From an uncultured delta proteobacterium (lineage in GTDB: Bacteria > Desulfobacterota > Binatia > UBA9968): DNA of 64,000 nucleotides. Below, one piece after another: positions 53,801 through 61,969 of the stretch (positions are counted from its first letter, which is position 1; each line of letters begins with the position of its first letter). Location of the stretch: NCBI GenBank assembly GCA_963727625.1, contig CAVSHR010000005.1, positions 704,001-768,000 on the forward strand. The letters run 5' to 3'. The position numbers and the translations under genes were made by a program. The notes below the pieces were generated by a model. The model did not search any database, was not told the origin of the DNA, and saw only the letters and a list, made by a program, of their open reading frames with translations.

Positions 53801-55988
53801 GCGCATGAAGAGTACGATTTCGGAACAGATTGCCCAAACAAAACGTCCCGTGATCATTCCAAAGATTCAAGAAATCGCGGAAGGGGACAGGTTTTCTTTC
53901 TACCGCCAACACGGCCTCGTCAGCTATCTCGGGGTGCCGTTAATTGGTAGGGATGACGTGCTTGGGATCCTCGGTGTTTACACCACCGCCTTTCACGAAT
54001 TTACCGAACAAGAAATCGACATATTCCTGTCCGCCGGGAGTCAAGCCGCCATCGCGATCAACAATGCGCGCCTTTTCGACGACATTACGCTTGCGAAGAA
54101 TCAACTGGAGGTCACAAATCAGTCGCTGGACCGCTCCCTCATGCACCTCGATAGTCTTTATGCGACCCTCGCCCCGTTGACTCCCGGCGCCACCCATCAG
54201 GAAATTCTGAACGTGGTCATCGGCCGGCTCATCGAAACCACCGGCGCCGACGCCGGCCTGATCCGGGTCTGGGATGCTGAGGCGAAGAACTACCGGATCG
54301 TCAGTCACAGCGGCTACCCGAAGCCTTTCCTGACCCGCTTAGAGAAAATCCCGCCAGGAGGCGCCGTCGACTGGGTGGCTCAGCACTGCGAACCGATTCT
54401 GGCGCCGGACATCGCCGCCGAGGAGCGCTTTCAAGGTAAATCTCAGATGGAGTACGGTTTTCGTTCGAGCGCTATGTTGCCTTTGATCACTCAGGATGAC
54501 GTGCGCGGTGTTATACAATTGTCGAGTAAACAACTGGGCCGATTCGACCAAGAGCATCGAGACCATCTCGTGGCGATAGCCCGGCAATTGAGCATCGCCT
54601 TAGAAAACCGCCGGCTTTTCGACGACCTTAAGTCATCCCGAGACGATCTCGAAAACGCCAACGCGGCGTTGACCGATAGCAATCGCATGCTGACTGCCCT
54701 GCACACGGTCGCGTCCGTGTCCAGCCAGTCGTTGAAACTAGAGCTGATCCTAAACGCAGCGATTCAAAAAATCGCCGAAATCTTTAATTTCGATGAAACC
54801 CTCGTTCATCTTTACGACAGGAACAAAGATGCTTTCATCCTCCGAGCGGCTTTCGTGGACGATCCGAAACTCTTCTCCTCGACGCGGTCATTCAAAATGG
54901 GCGACAGCGTTGTCGGAGCCGTCGCTCAGTCCGGCGAAAAAATGATTTTTTTCGATGCGCCGAACGATCCCCGGTACCGGGCACTCAGCCGTACGAGCAC
55001 GATGAGCCAAGACGGTTACCGTTTTTTGGCGGTGTTCCCGATCAGGGGAAAAATGGCGAGTCTCGGTACCATCGACTGTATAAATACGCGCCCCCGCTCT
55101 CTCTCAACAACCGAGGTTCAATTGCTCGAAGCGATCTCGGACCAGTTGGCCGTCGCCATTGAGAACAGCTGGCTTTATGAAGACGTGCGGTCAAAAGTCG
55201 ATGAGCTCCAATTCAAGACCATCGAGCTTGAACGCGCCAATAAAGTCAAAGACGAATTTCTCGGCATGATTTCCCACGAGCTGCGCACCCCGATCAATGT
55301 CATCATGGGCTATACCTCGCTGTTCAAAGACGGCGTGCTCGGAGCAATTGGGCCACAGCAGGAAAGCGCCCTGGCGAAAATCGCCCGCGAAACCAAGGAA
55401 CTGTTGGAAATGGTCAATACGCTCCTGTATGCGACCACGCTGGAAACTGAACAGGTCACGATCGAAGCCCAGGAGTTCAGTCTGGATTCTTTGTTGGCCG
55501 AATTGCGCGCCAACTATGCGGTGACGGCACCGCAGCAGGTGATCATGGAATGGCGCTACCCTGCCGACTTGCCAAACCTCAACACCGATCGGCTAAAGCT
55601 CAAGCAGGTCCTCGACAATTTAATCGGCAACGCAATCAAGTTCACCGAAGAAGGCAGCGTGACCGTCGCCGCGCGGGTCGCCGATGGCAACGAGCGTGGC
55701 GCAAAGAGCATAGCGCCTGGCTCTGAGCCCTCAGCGCTAAGCCCTCAGCCCCCGTTTCTTGAAATCACCGTAACCGACACCGGCGTCGGCATGCCCAGCG
55801 ATAAACTCAGCACGATCTTTGAAAAATTTTACCAGGCGGACAGCTCGGGGACGCGCTGCTTCGGCGGCGTCGGCTTGGGCCTTTATATCGCAAAGCATTT
55901 TACCAATCTGCTCGGCGGGGAACTCAGCGTCACCAGTACCGAGGGCGTCGGGTCGGCGTTCACGCTGACGATTCCCTTGGGATCTTAA
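50808..55988 (+). CDS. Large soluble kinase REC-PAS-GAF-PAS-(GAF)x5-HisKA-HATPase
   Basis: N-terminal REC, two PAS, about six GAF repeats, ISHELRTPIN, GNAIKFT, GVGLGL. Confidence 0.9.
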   Translation: MKILVADDDSINRKYLHALLSHEGHTVIECDNGLATLAWLEKNPCDAVISDVLMPQMDGYRLCYEIRTNKNLKNTPVILYSATYLSAADEKAAMAMGADKFMRKPALPEQILEALNEAIEKPRTEHSEAPPEKPGDMPALREYSESLVRKLEETIIELSVANAALAENERRRRAIIESEPECVKILARDGTLLEMNPAGLRMFEANSAEPVIGKKVYPLIVPEHRRSFQELTEAVFRGESGTLEFEILGLKGTRRWLDTHTAPLRNSNSEIVAALGITRDITEQKHNATLLSGQMRVLEMIARGAPLPATLDALLRVIEEQSSDMLCSILLLDAEGKHLRYGAAPRLPERYQQAIDGAAIGEGTGSCGSAVYRREQVIVEDITSDPLWQDCRQIALAHGLRACWSTPIFDAQQRVLGSFAMYFHAPRRPEEQYSRLTDIATRIAAIAISKQREEDALRESESRFREMADSAPVMIWITSADGSCTYLNKQWQDFTGQTDETGLGSGWLDALHPNDRERAGREFADANRRHESFRMEFRLRRREGEHRWVIDSAQPRLSERGEFLGYIGSVFDISERKQAEDERQRSLNRVRALHEINLAITSTMNRQSQLDMLLEKIESFFAFPIVSSMRLFRPETGRLECLAQRGVIVSEWLSREPGRTLHRALQVVQNKAPVIVPDIHSDVHAKDRPMPASFGLVSYAGVPLIARDQVIGVLGVYTQELHEFSAEEIEFLTTLAGQAAVALENAQLYEQTVRRRREAEALAKIARSLTETLDISAIGERVVSSVMELFNVKGATLRLRQPDGSLIRLAAAGDVFSQIPGGAVIPPATGIAGLAFAERKPIASADMLNDPAIQVSEAMRDYIRSSGNGSILAAPLSARENLIGILSLTDTVGRSYMDNEVALLQSFADQVALALYNAQLYKESENHLKQVQALREIERAITSTLDLDSVLHLLLEKIDVFLPSSAVTTIRLFNHNTGKFDDTACRNLDEKAWRGRARRMKSTISEQIAQTKRPVIIPKIQEIAEGDRFSFYRQHGLVSYLGVPLIGRDDVLGILGVYTTAFHEFTEQEIDIFLSAGSQAAIAINNARLFDDITLAKNQLEVTNQSLDRSLMHLDSLYATLAPLTPGATHQEILNVVIGRLIETTGADAGLIRVWDAEAKNYRIVSHSGYPKPFLTRLEKIPPGGAVDWVAQHCEPILAPDIAAEERFQGKSQMEYGFRSSAMLPLITQDDVRGVIQLSSKQLGRFDQEHRDHLVAIARQLSIALENRRLFDDLKSSRDDLENANAALTDSNRMLTALHTVASVSSQSLKLELILNAAIQKIAEIFNFDETLVHLYDRNKDAFILRAAFVDDPKLFSSTRSFKMGDSVVGAVAQSGEKMIFFDAPNDPRYRALSRTSTMSQDGYRFLAVFPIRGKMASLGTIDCINTRPRSLSTTEVQLLEAISDQLAVAIENSWLYEDVRSKVDELQFKTIELERANKVKDEFLGMISHELRTPINVIMGYTSLFKDGVLGAIGPQQESALAKIARETKELLEMVNTLLYATTLETEQVTIEAQEFSLDSLLAELRANYAVTAPQQVIMEWRYPADLPNLNTDRLKLKQVLDNLIGNAIKFTEEGSVTVAARVADGNERGAKSIAPGSEPSALSPQPPFLEITVTDTGVGMPSDKLSTIFEKFYQADSSGTRCFGGVGLGLYIAKHFTNLLGGELSVTSTEGVGSAFTLTIPLGS
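55692..55750. repeat. In-frame inverted heptamer arrays inside the HATPase domain
   Basis: GAGCGTG GCGCAAA GAGCATA GCGC ... GCTCTGA GCCCTCA GCGCTAA GCCCTCA GCC, encoding ERGAKSIAPGSEPSALSPQP. Confidence 0.65.
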
Positions 55989-56162
55989 GGTCGCAAAGCT
56001 CCAAGCGCGGCGCGACGCCGCTTTGCTGGTTTTGGCTTAATTTCAGTGCCGCAGGAGTTCATTTTTGGCAAAACCTTTCAAGAACTTACCGAAAAATCGC
56101 TGCCACGTCTGTTGGCATAGAGCTAACTGGCTATATTCACAGCGATTTACGAATTCCAAAGT

Positions 56163-56179
56163 CTGGCATGTTAGCTGCT
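56163..56179 (+). promoter_or_regulatory. Candidate sigma54 promoter
   Basis: CTGGCATGTTAGCTGCT with GG-N10-GC spacing; IHF-like TTTCAAGAACTTA at 56076-56088. Confidence 0.5.
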
Positions 56180-56198
56180 ATAGTTAGCGTATAGCTGG

Positions 56199-57602
56199 TT
56201 GTTTGAAGTAGCCAAAAGCACTTCTCGTGCGATCGGAACCACAAATCGGAACTCAGGGCAATTTACCGTGATGATCGAATCTTTATTTCACTGGCCCATG
56301 AGAAATGGCAGCCCCAAGTCAAAACCGAGCGCGGCCAACTCAGCCGGTTCGACGAGCATTGACGGCCGGTTACGGCACGCAGATCGAAAAGACATCACCG
56401 CTGTCCAATGGTTGGTTGCGATCGCCGTTTCTTATTTCGTCCTCACCACAAACGATCTCAATCTAACCGAACCGCTGCCCGCACTTTTAATTTTAATTTC
56501 CCTCGTCTCCGCGGTCCTGCTGCAGCGCCTCCCCGAGGCCTTATTTGAGAAACGGATAGTCGAGCCCGGACTTCTCCTTGTCGACTCGTTACTCATCTTT
56601 TCAGCGATTACGACGTCGCAGCAGATACCCTGGGACCTGCTGATCCTGTTTTTCTTCTGTGTTTTTCTCGCGGCCATAGGCGAGAACCTGGTACAAATCG
56701 GCGTGGGATCCGTCCTGCTGAGCCTAGTCTTCGTGATGTTTGTTTCCCCAAACGCGGCGGAGTTTTCGACTGTCCACCCGAATTTTCTTTTCCGCGTGCC
56801 ATTCATGTTCGGCATCTCGATCTTTTACGGCTATCTGGTCAGTCAAATAAAAAAACAGAAGAAACGGGCGGAACGGATGGAAGAAGCTTCGAGATTGAAA
56901 CGGCAACTGGTCTGCGCCCTGGCGCATGACATCAAAACGCCGCTCAACGTCATCTTCGGCCACGCCGAGCTGCTTGCCGATCCGTCCGGCGGGTACTCGA
57001 CTCCGGCGGAAAGAAAAAATTCATTCAACTGCATTCGAGATAATATCGACCGGATCGTTAAGTTGATCACGGATTTTTTGGACGTTGCAAAATTGGAAAC
57101 GGCGAATCCGCAAGACGCGCTACACTTGGTTCAGTTGAATGACATCGTCCAAGATGTGGTCCGAGAGCAAATGATCATGGCTCGCGAGAAAAACCTCAGC
57201 CTGCTGCTTCAACTTGACGCCGAGCTTGAACCGGTCTTCGGCGACCCCGATCAATTGCAACGCGCGTTAAGCAATTTAGTCAGCAACGCGATTAAGTTTA
57301 CCCCAGGCGGCGGGCGCATCACCCTGTCATCTCAGATGATCGAGAAAAAAGTCGTGATGCGGGTGAGTGACACCGGGATAGGCATTCCCACAGACGAGGT
57401 CCCAAGTTTGTTCTCTGAATTCCGGCGGCTCAAAGGAGCCGAGAACATCGAGGGAACCGGACTGGGGCTTTTCATCGTCAAAACCATCGTCGAGGCTCAT
57501 GGCGGCAGCGTCTCAATGGAAAGCGAAATGGGCCGAGGGACGACTTTTACAATCCAGCTGCCACCGGCGTCGAAAGCCGTGGCACTCAGGCAAGCAGCCT
57601 AG
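56199..57602 (+). CDS. Membrane histidine kinase (multi-TM sensor, HisKA, HATPase); start may be 56271 or 56298
   Basis: LAHDIKTPLN, SNAIKFT, DTGIGI, GTGLGL. Confidence 0.87.
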   Translation: MFEVAKSTSRAIGTTNRNSGQFTVMIESLFHWPMRNGSPKSKPSAANSAGSTSIDGRLRHADRKDITAVQWLVAIAVSYFVLTTNDLNLTEPLPALLILISLVSAVLLQRLPEALFEKRIVEPGLLLVDSLLIFSAITTSQQIPWDLLILFFFCVFLAAIGENLVQIGVGSVLLSLVFVMFVSPNAAEFSTVHPNFLFRVPFMFGISIFYGYLVSQIKKQKKRAERMEEASRLKRQLVCALAHDIKTPLNVIFGHAELLADPSGGYSTPAERKNSFNCIRDNIDRIVKLITDFLDVAKLETANPQDALHLVQLNDIVQDVVREQMIMAREKNLSLLLQLDAELEPVFGDPDQLQRALSNLVSNAIKFTPGGGRITLSSQMIEKKVVMRVSDTGIGIPTDEVPSLFSEFRRLKGAENIEGTGLGLFIVKTIVEAHGGSVSMESEMGRGTTFTIQLPPASKAVALRQAA

Positions 57603-57799
57603 CAAACCCCAGGCACCAACACTGCCTTGAATGGCACACCGCAAAGCCCGCGAACACACGGTGCCTTCAAACGGTCTCGCCAGATTGTTTTAGAACCGTC
57701 CAGTAGTTTAAGCGCCCCGCGGATAATCATTGAATTTGACGCAGCGATCAGGAGCAAGTTACCTAGCGAATCGCTAGCAGGGGGCGGAGCAAGACCGGC

Positions 57800-60700
57800 A
57801 TGAAGTTGCGCAACCAACTCGTCATCCTCACCACCGCGACCTGTTTGCCAATCTTAATCTTCGCGGCCCTCCTCATCTTTTTGCAGAGCAAAAACGAAGC
57901 CGCCGGGCAACGGCAAAGACTTTCCGAAATCGCTAACGAGTTGTCATCCAACATCGATCGCGAGCTGCGCGCCGCGATTGATCGGTTGGAAGTTTTAGCG
58001 ACCTCGAGTTATTTGGATTCGGGTGATTTAGGGCGATTCTACCAACAGGCCGTGCGGGTTCTCGATATTCACGCTCCCTGGGAAGCTTTCGTGCTCGTGG
58101 ATCCGTCCGGCCAACAGGTCGCCAATACCCGGGTGCCATTTGGCTCTCCACTTCCAATGACCGGCATTCCGGTGTTTAACGCGGCGGTAGTCAAGACCCG
58201 GCAGCCGGTTGTCTCCAATCTATTTTTGGGCGGTGTCGTCAAGACCCCGGTGATCGCTATTGGCGTCCCGGTGATTCGCAATGGTGCAGTCAAGTACACG
58301 CTCACGTCGAGCGCGGCGCGGCATTTCCTAACCGACTTGTTAAAGCGACGAATGCTTCCGGCTGGCTGGCTCGCAATAATACTCGACCGCAACCGGGTGA
58401 TCATTGGCAGGCTCACCCATACCGAGCAATTTTTCGATCAACCCGCGACCCCTCTTTTCTCGGCCAAAAGCAAGAGCGAACCGCAAGGAATTTTTACCGG
58501 CGTCACCAAGGAAGGAATCCCGGTGAGCGCGGCATACCGGCGCTCCGAATTTACCGGCTGGACAGTCGGCGTCGCGGTGCCCACCGTACTCCTCGAAGCC
58601 CCCATGCGGCGTTCATTTCTGATGCTTGCTCTCGGTGGCACTGCTCTACTCATGATTGGATGCGCTTTGGCATTTTACTTCGTCAGACGCATCACCCTGC
58701 CTATCGCCTCATTATCGGAAAGCGCGGCAGCCCTGGGACGGGGCGAAACACCAGTCCCGCTGTCGTCGCCTATTTTGGAAATCAATCAAGTTGCCCAGGC
58801 GATGCAAAATGCCGCAGCCGAGCGATTCCGGGCGGAAGCGGAGCGGACACGGTTACTCCGCGCGCTGGAATCGAGCCTCAACGAAATTTATATCTTCGAC
58901 GCCGACACCTTGATCTTCGAGTTCGTCAACCACGGCGCATGCCGCAACCTCGGCTTTTCGTTGGAACAACTGCGGCGTATGACGATTTTGGATATCAAGC
59001 CGGAGTTCAGCGAAGAGTCGTTTCGTAAAACGATCGCGCCGCTGGTTCGCGGCGAAACCGAATTTCAAGTCTATTACAGCGAGCATCTCCGCTCCGACCG
59101 CAGCCGCTATCCGGTGGAAGTTCATCTCCAGAAGGTCCAGGAGATCGGCCGTGTCAGTCTGCTTGCCGTCATCCTGGACATTACCGAACGCAAGGTAAAC
59201 GAAGCGCACATCCAACAATTGAATCGGGTCTACGCCGTTTTGAGCGAGATCAATAAAGCCATCGTCCGTGTGCGCGATCCTCAAGAGCTGTTGCATCAAG
59301 CATGCCGCATCGCGGTCGAAAAAGGCAAATTCCTCATGGCCTGGACCGGACTGCTCAATGCCGAGACCGGCTTGATCAAACCCATAGCCCAGGCTGGCCT
59401 GAGCGAGGGCTACGTCGAAAATCTGCAAATCGAGGCGAGTCTGAAAACGCACGCCCTCGGCCCCACGGCCACCGCCCAGCGCGAGGGCATCCACGATGTC
59501 TGCAACGACATCGAGAACGACCCGCGAATGGCGCCGTGGCGGGACGAGGCGCTACGGCGCGGCTACCGCTCCTCCGCCGCCTTTCCGCTCAAAATCGGCG
59601 TTGAGGTGGTCGGAACCTTCAATCTTTACTCCGCCGAGCGCGGCTTTTTTAATCCGGAGGAATTGACAATTCTAGACGAGTTGGCGGCGGATATCGGTCT
59701 CGCCTTGGAAATTCACCGCTACGAATCGGAGAAACTCCGGGCCGAAAATTCCTTACGCGAGAGCGAAGAGCGCTTTCGTCAACTTACCGAAAATATCCAT
59801 GAAGTCTTCTGGCTGAGCACTCCGGACAAAAGCCGCATGATCTACGTAAGTCCGGGTTACGAATCGATCTGGGGACGCAATTGCCGGAGCCTGTACGACT
59901 CGCCGCGCGACTGGCTGAACGCGATTCACCCAGAAGATCGCGACAACGTGCTCCGAGCGGCACTGCGCGAACCGGAAGACGGAGCGTACGACCAAGAATA
60001 TCGCATCGTGCGCCCGGACGGCGCGATCCGCTGGATACGCGACCGCGCCTTTCCCGTGCGCAACGGTGCCGGCGCGGTTTACCGTATCGCCGGGATCGCC
60101 GAGGACATTACCGACCGCAAAAGAGCTGAGGAGACATTGAACAGAGCGCACGAGCAACTCGAAGCGACGGTCAACGAGCGGACCCGTGAGCTCAGCGAGG
60201 CAAACGTCAAGCTGCAGGAACTGGACCGGCTCAAATCCCAGTTTTTAGCCAACATGTCGCACGAACTACGCACCCCTCTCAACGCCATCATCGGCTTCAG
60301 CGAGCTCATGCACGACGGCAAAGCCGGCAGCCCGGTCTCCGCCGAGCACAAAGAATATCTCGGCGATATTCTCGACAGCGGCAGGCATCTGTTGAATCTC
60401 ATCAACGATATCCTCGATCTTTCTAAAGTCGAGGCCGCCAGAATGGAGCTGCTCAAAAGCACGGTCTCCATCGAGCAGATCATCGTCGAGGTCGTACAAA
60501 ACATCGCCCCGATCATGACGGTCAATTCGCTCAAATTAATCCGCGAAATTCCACCAAACTTGCCTCCCATCACCACCGACAAGCGTAAACTCCTGCAAAT
60601 CGTTCTCAACCTGGCCAGCAACGCGGTGAAGTTCACCAGCCATGGAGAAATCACTATCCGCTGCGAGGTTGTCGGTGGAAATATGAACGTGTGCGTAAGT

Positions 60701-60913
60701 GATACCGGAATCGGCATCAAATCCGAGGAGCTGCAATATCTATTTCAACCGTTCTCACAGATCAATGACAGCCTGAGAAAGCGCTATGAAGGCACGGGCC
60801 TCGGACTCTATCTATCCAAAAGACTGGCTCAGCTTCTCGGCGGAGACGTCAGCGTCATCAGTGAATATGGTAAAGGCTCAACCTTTACCTTAACCGTTCC
60901 GGTAAATGACTAG
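57800..60913 (+). CDS. Sensor kinase TM-Cache-HAMP-PAS-GAF-PAS-HisKA-HATPase
   Basis: Cache-like domain (PVVSNL..PVIAIGVPV), two PAS, GAF (GYRSSAAFPL), FLANMSHELRTPLN. Confidence 0.9.
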   Translation: MKLRNQLVILTTATCLPILIFAALLIFLQSKNEAAGQRQRLSEIANELSSNIDRELRAAIDRLEVLATSSYLDSGDLGRFYQQAVRVLDIHAPWEAFVLVDPSGQQVANTRVPFGSPLPMTGIPVFNAAVVKTRQPVVSNLFLGGVVKTPVIAIGVPVIRNGAVKYTLTSSAARHFLTDLLKRRMLPAGWLAIILDRNRVIIGRLTHTEQFFDQPATPLFSAKSKSEPQGIFTGVTKEGIPVSAAYRRSEFTGWTVGVAVPTVLLEAPMRRSFLMLALGGTALLMIGCALAFYFVRRITLPIASLSESAAALGRGETPVPLSSPILEINQVAQAMQNAAAERFRAEAERTRLLRALESSLNEIYIFDADTLIFEFVNHGACRNLGFSLEQLRRMTILDIKPEFSEESFRKTIAPLVRGETEFQVYYSEHLRSDRSRYPVEVHLQKVQEIGRVSLLAVILDITERKVNEAHIQQLNRVYAVLSEINKAIVRVRDPQELLHQACRIAVEKGKFLMAWTGLLNAETGLIKPIAQAGLSEGYVENLQIEASLKTHALGPTATAQREGIHDVCNDIENDPRMAPWRDEALRRGYRSSAAFPLKIGVEVVGTFNLYSAERGFFNPEELTILDELAADIGLALEIHRYESEKLRAENSLRESEERFRQLTENIHEVFWLSTPDKSRMIYVSPGYESIWGRNCRSLYDSPRDWLNAIHPEDRDNVLRAALREPEDGAYDQEYRIVRPDGAIRWIRDRAFPVRNGAGAVYRIAGIAEDITDRKRAEETLNRAHEQLEATVNERTRELSEANVKLQELDRLKSQFLANMSHELRTPLNAIIGFSELMHDGKAGSPVSAEHKEYLGDILDSGRHLLNLINDILDLSKVEAARMELLKSTVSIEQIIVEVVQNIAPIMTVNSLKLIREIPPNLPPITTDKRKLLQIVLNLASNAVKFTSHGEITIRCEVVGGNMNVCVSDTGIGIKSEELQYLFQPFSQINDSLRKRYEGTGLGLYLSKRLAQLLGGDVSVISEYGKGSTFTLTVPVND

Positions 60914-61030
60914 CCGTGACGCCGCGCGCAGCGAAAGCGCGAGGGAGCGGAAGATGGATACGGCGCACGCGCTTCTGCGGAGGAGAAAGCCCGCATGAAG
61001 GAGCCACTGCGAATTCGTATCGATTAGGGG

Positions 61031-61429
61031 TCAAACCATCAACGGCTGCAGGCGGCTCGGACCTTCGAGGAGCTGCTCGATGATTGAAAGCAGCTCGCCA
61101 TGGTCGACGGGCTTTTGGAAAAACGCTTTGGCGCCGGCTTCCAGACATTGTTGTCGGTTACTTCCTTCATCCCGGGCGGTCAAGACGACCACAGGGATCG
61201 ACGCCAGGGCGTCGATATTCCCGAGCCTTTCCATCACCAGATACCCGTCGCCGGCCGGAATGCCGAGATCCAGCAAGATCAAGTCCGGCGATTCCTTGAT
61301 CGCCTGACTGATCGCGGAGACGGTGTCGGCCGCCAGAACCGTGACATAGTCGTGGGCGCGAAAAAGAATTCTCAACCCCCTCGAGACATCTTCGCAATCT
61401 TCAACGATCAAGATTTTTTTCTTTGCCAT
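61031..61429 (-). CDS. Single-domain response regulator
   Basis: MAKKKILIVED..PDLILLDLGIPAGDG..LTA..FQKP. Confidence 0.88.
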   Translation of the reverse strand: MAKKKILIVEDCEDVSRGLRILFRAHDYVTVLAADTVSAISQAIKESPDLILLDLGIPAGDGYLVMERLGNIDALASIPVVVLTARDEGSNRQQCLEAGAKAFFQKPVDHGELLSIIEQLLEGPSRLQPLMV

Positions 61430-61470
61430 GAGCCTCTCCGTTATTTGTGGCATCGCGGGCCGCGTCCGCC

Positions 61471-61875
61471 TTAGCAAATCGACGATTCGATCAGCCTGGG
61501 CTGTTCATCGTCAAGCTCTCTATGGATTGCCATCATGAGCGCGTCGTTATCGAAGGGCTTCTCGAAGTAGTCCCTGGCGCCGGCCAAAATCGCGGCATCC
61601 CGATACACCTCGGCGGGCCGTGCGCTAACCACGATGATCGGAAGATTCGCCGCCGAATTTAGCTGGCTGACGATTTCCATCACGACAAACCCGTTGGTGT
61701 CCGGCAGGCCTAAATCCATCAGGATTAAATCCGGTTTACGCATCGCCGCCAACTGGATCGCCGATGCGGCATCCGGAGCCGACAAGGTCGTGTAGCCTCG
61801 CGCGAGCAAGCGCACGCTCATCGCCAGCATCAAGTCTTTATCGTCCTCGACAATCAATATTGTTTTCGACTTCAT
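61471..61875 (-). CDS. Single-domain response regulator
   Basis: MKSKTILIVEDD..PDLILMDLGLP..VSA..FEKP; AAGGAG RBS. Confidence 0.88.
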   Translation of the reverse strand: MKSKTILIVEDDKDLMLAMSVRLLARGYTTLSAPDAASAIQLAAMRKPDLILMDLGLPDTNGFVVMEIVSQLNSAANLPIIVVSARPAEVYRDAAILAGARDYFEKPFDNDALMMAIHRELDDEQPRLIESSIC

Positions 61876-61969
61876 AATCGCTCCTTTTAAAAACCGACTC
61901 GCCCGTTTAGCTAGGATGACATTGTGATCGTTCGCACCGGTTTCGCGATACGCCGTTGAAAGCCACCGC

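Noticed and set aside
56007-56033. Intrinsic terminator after the 1726-aa kinase
   Set aside because: A 6-bp stem is present but the U-tract is interrupted; too weak to call.
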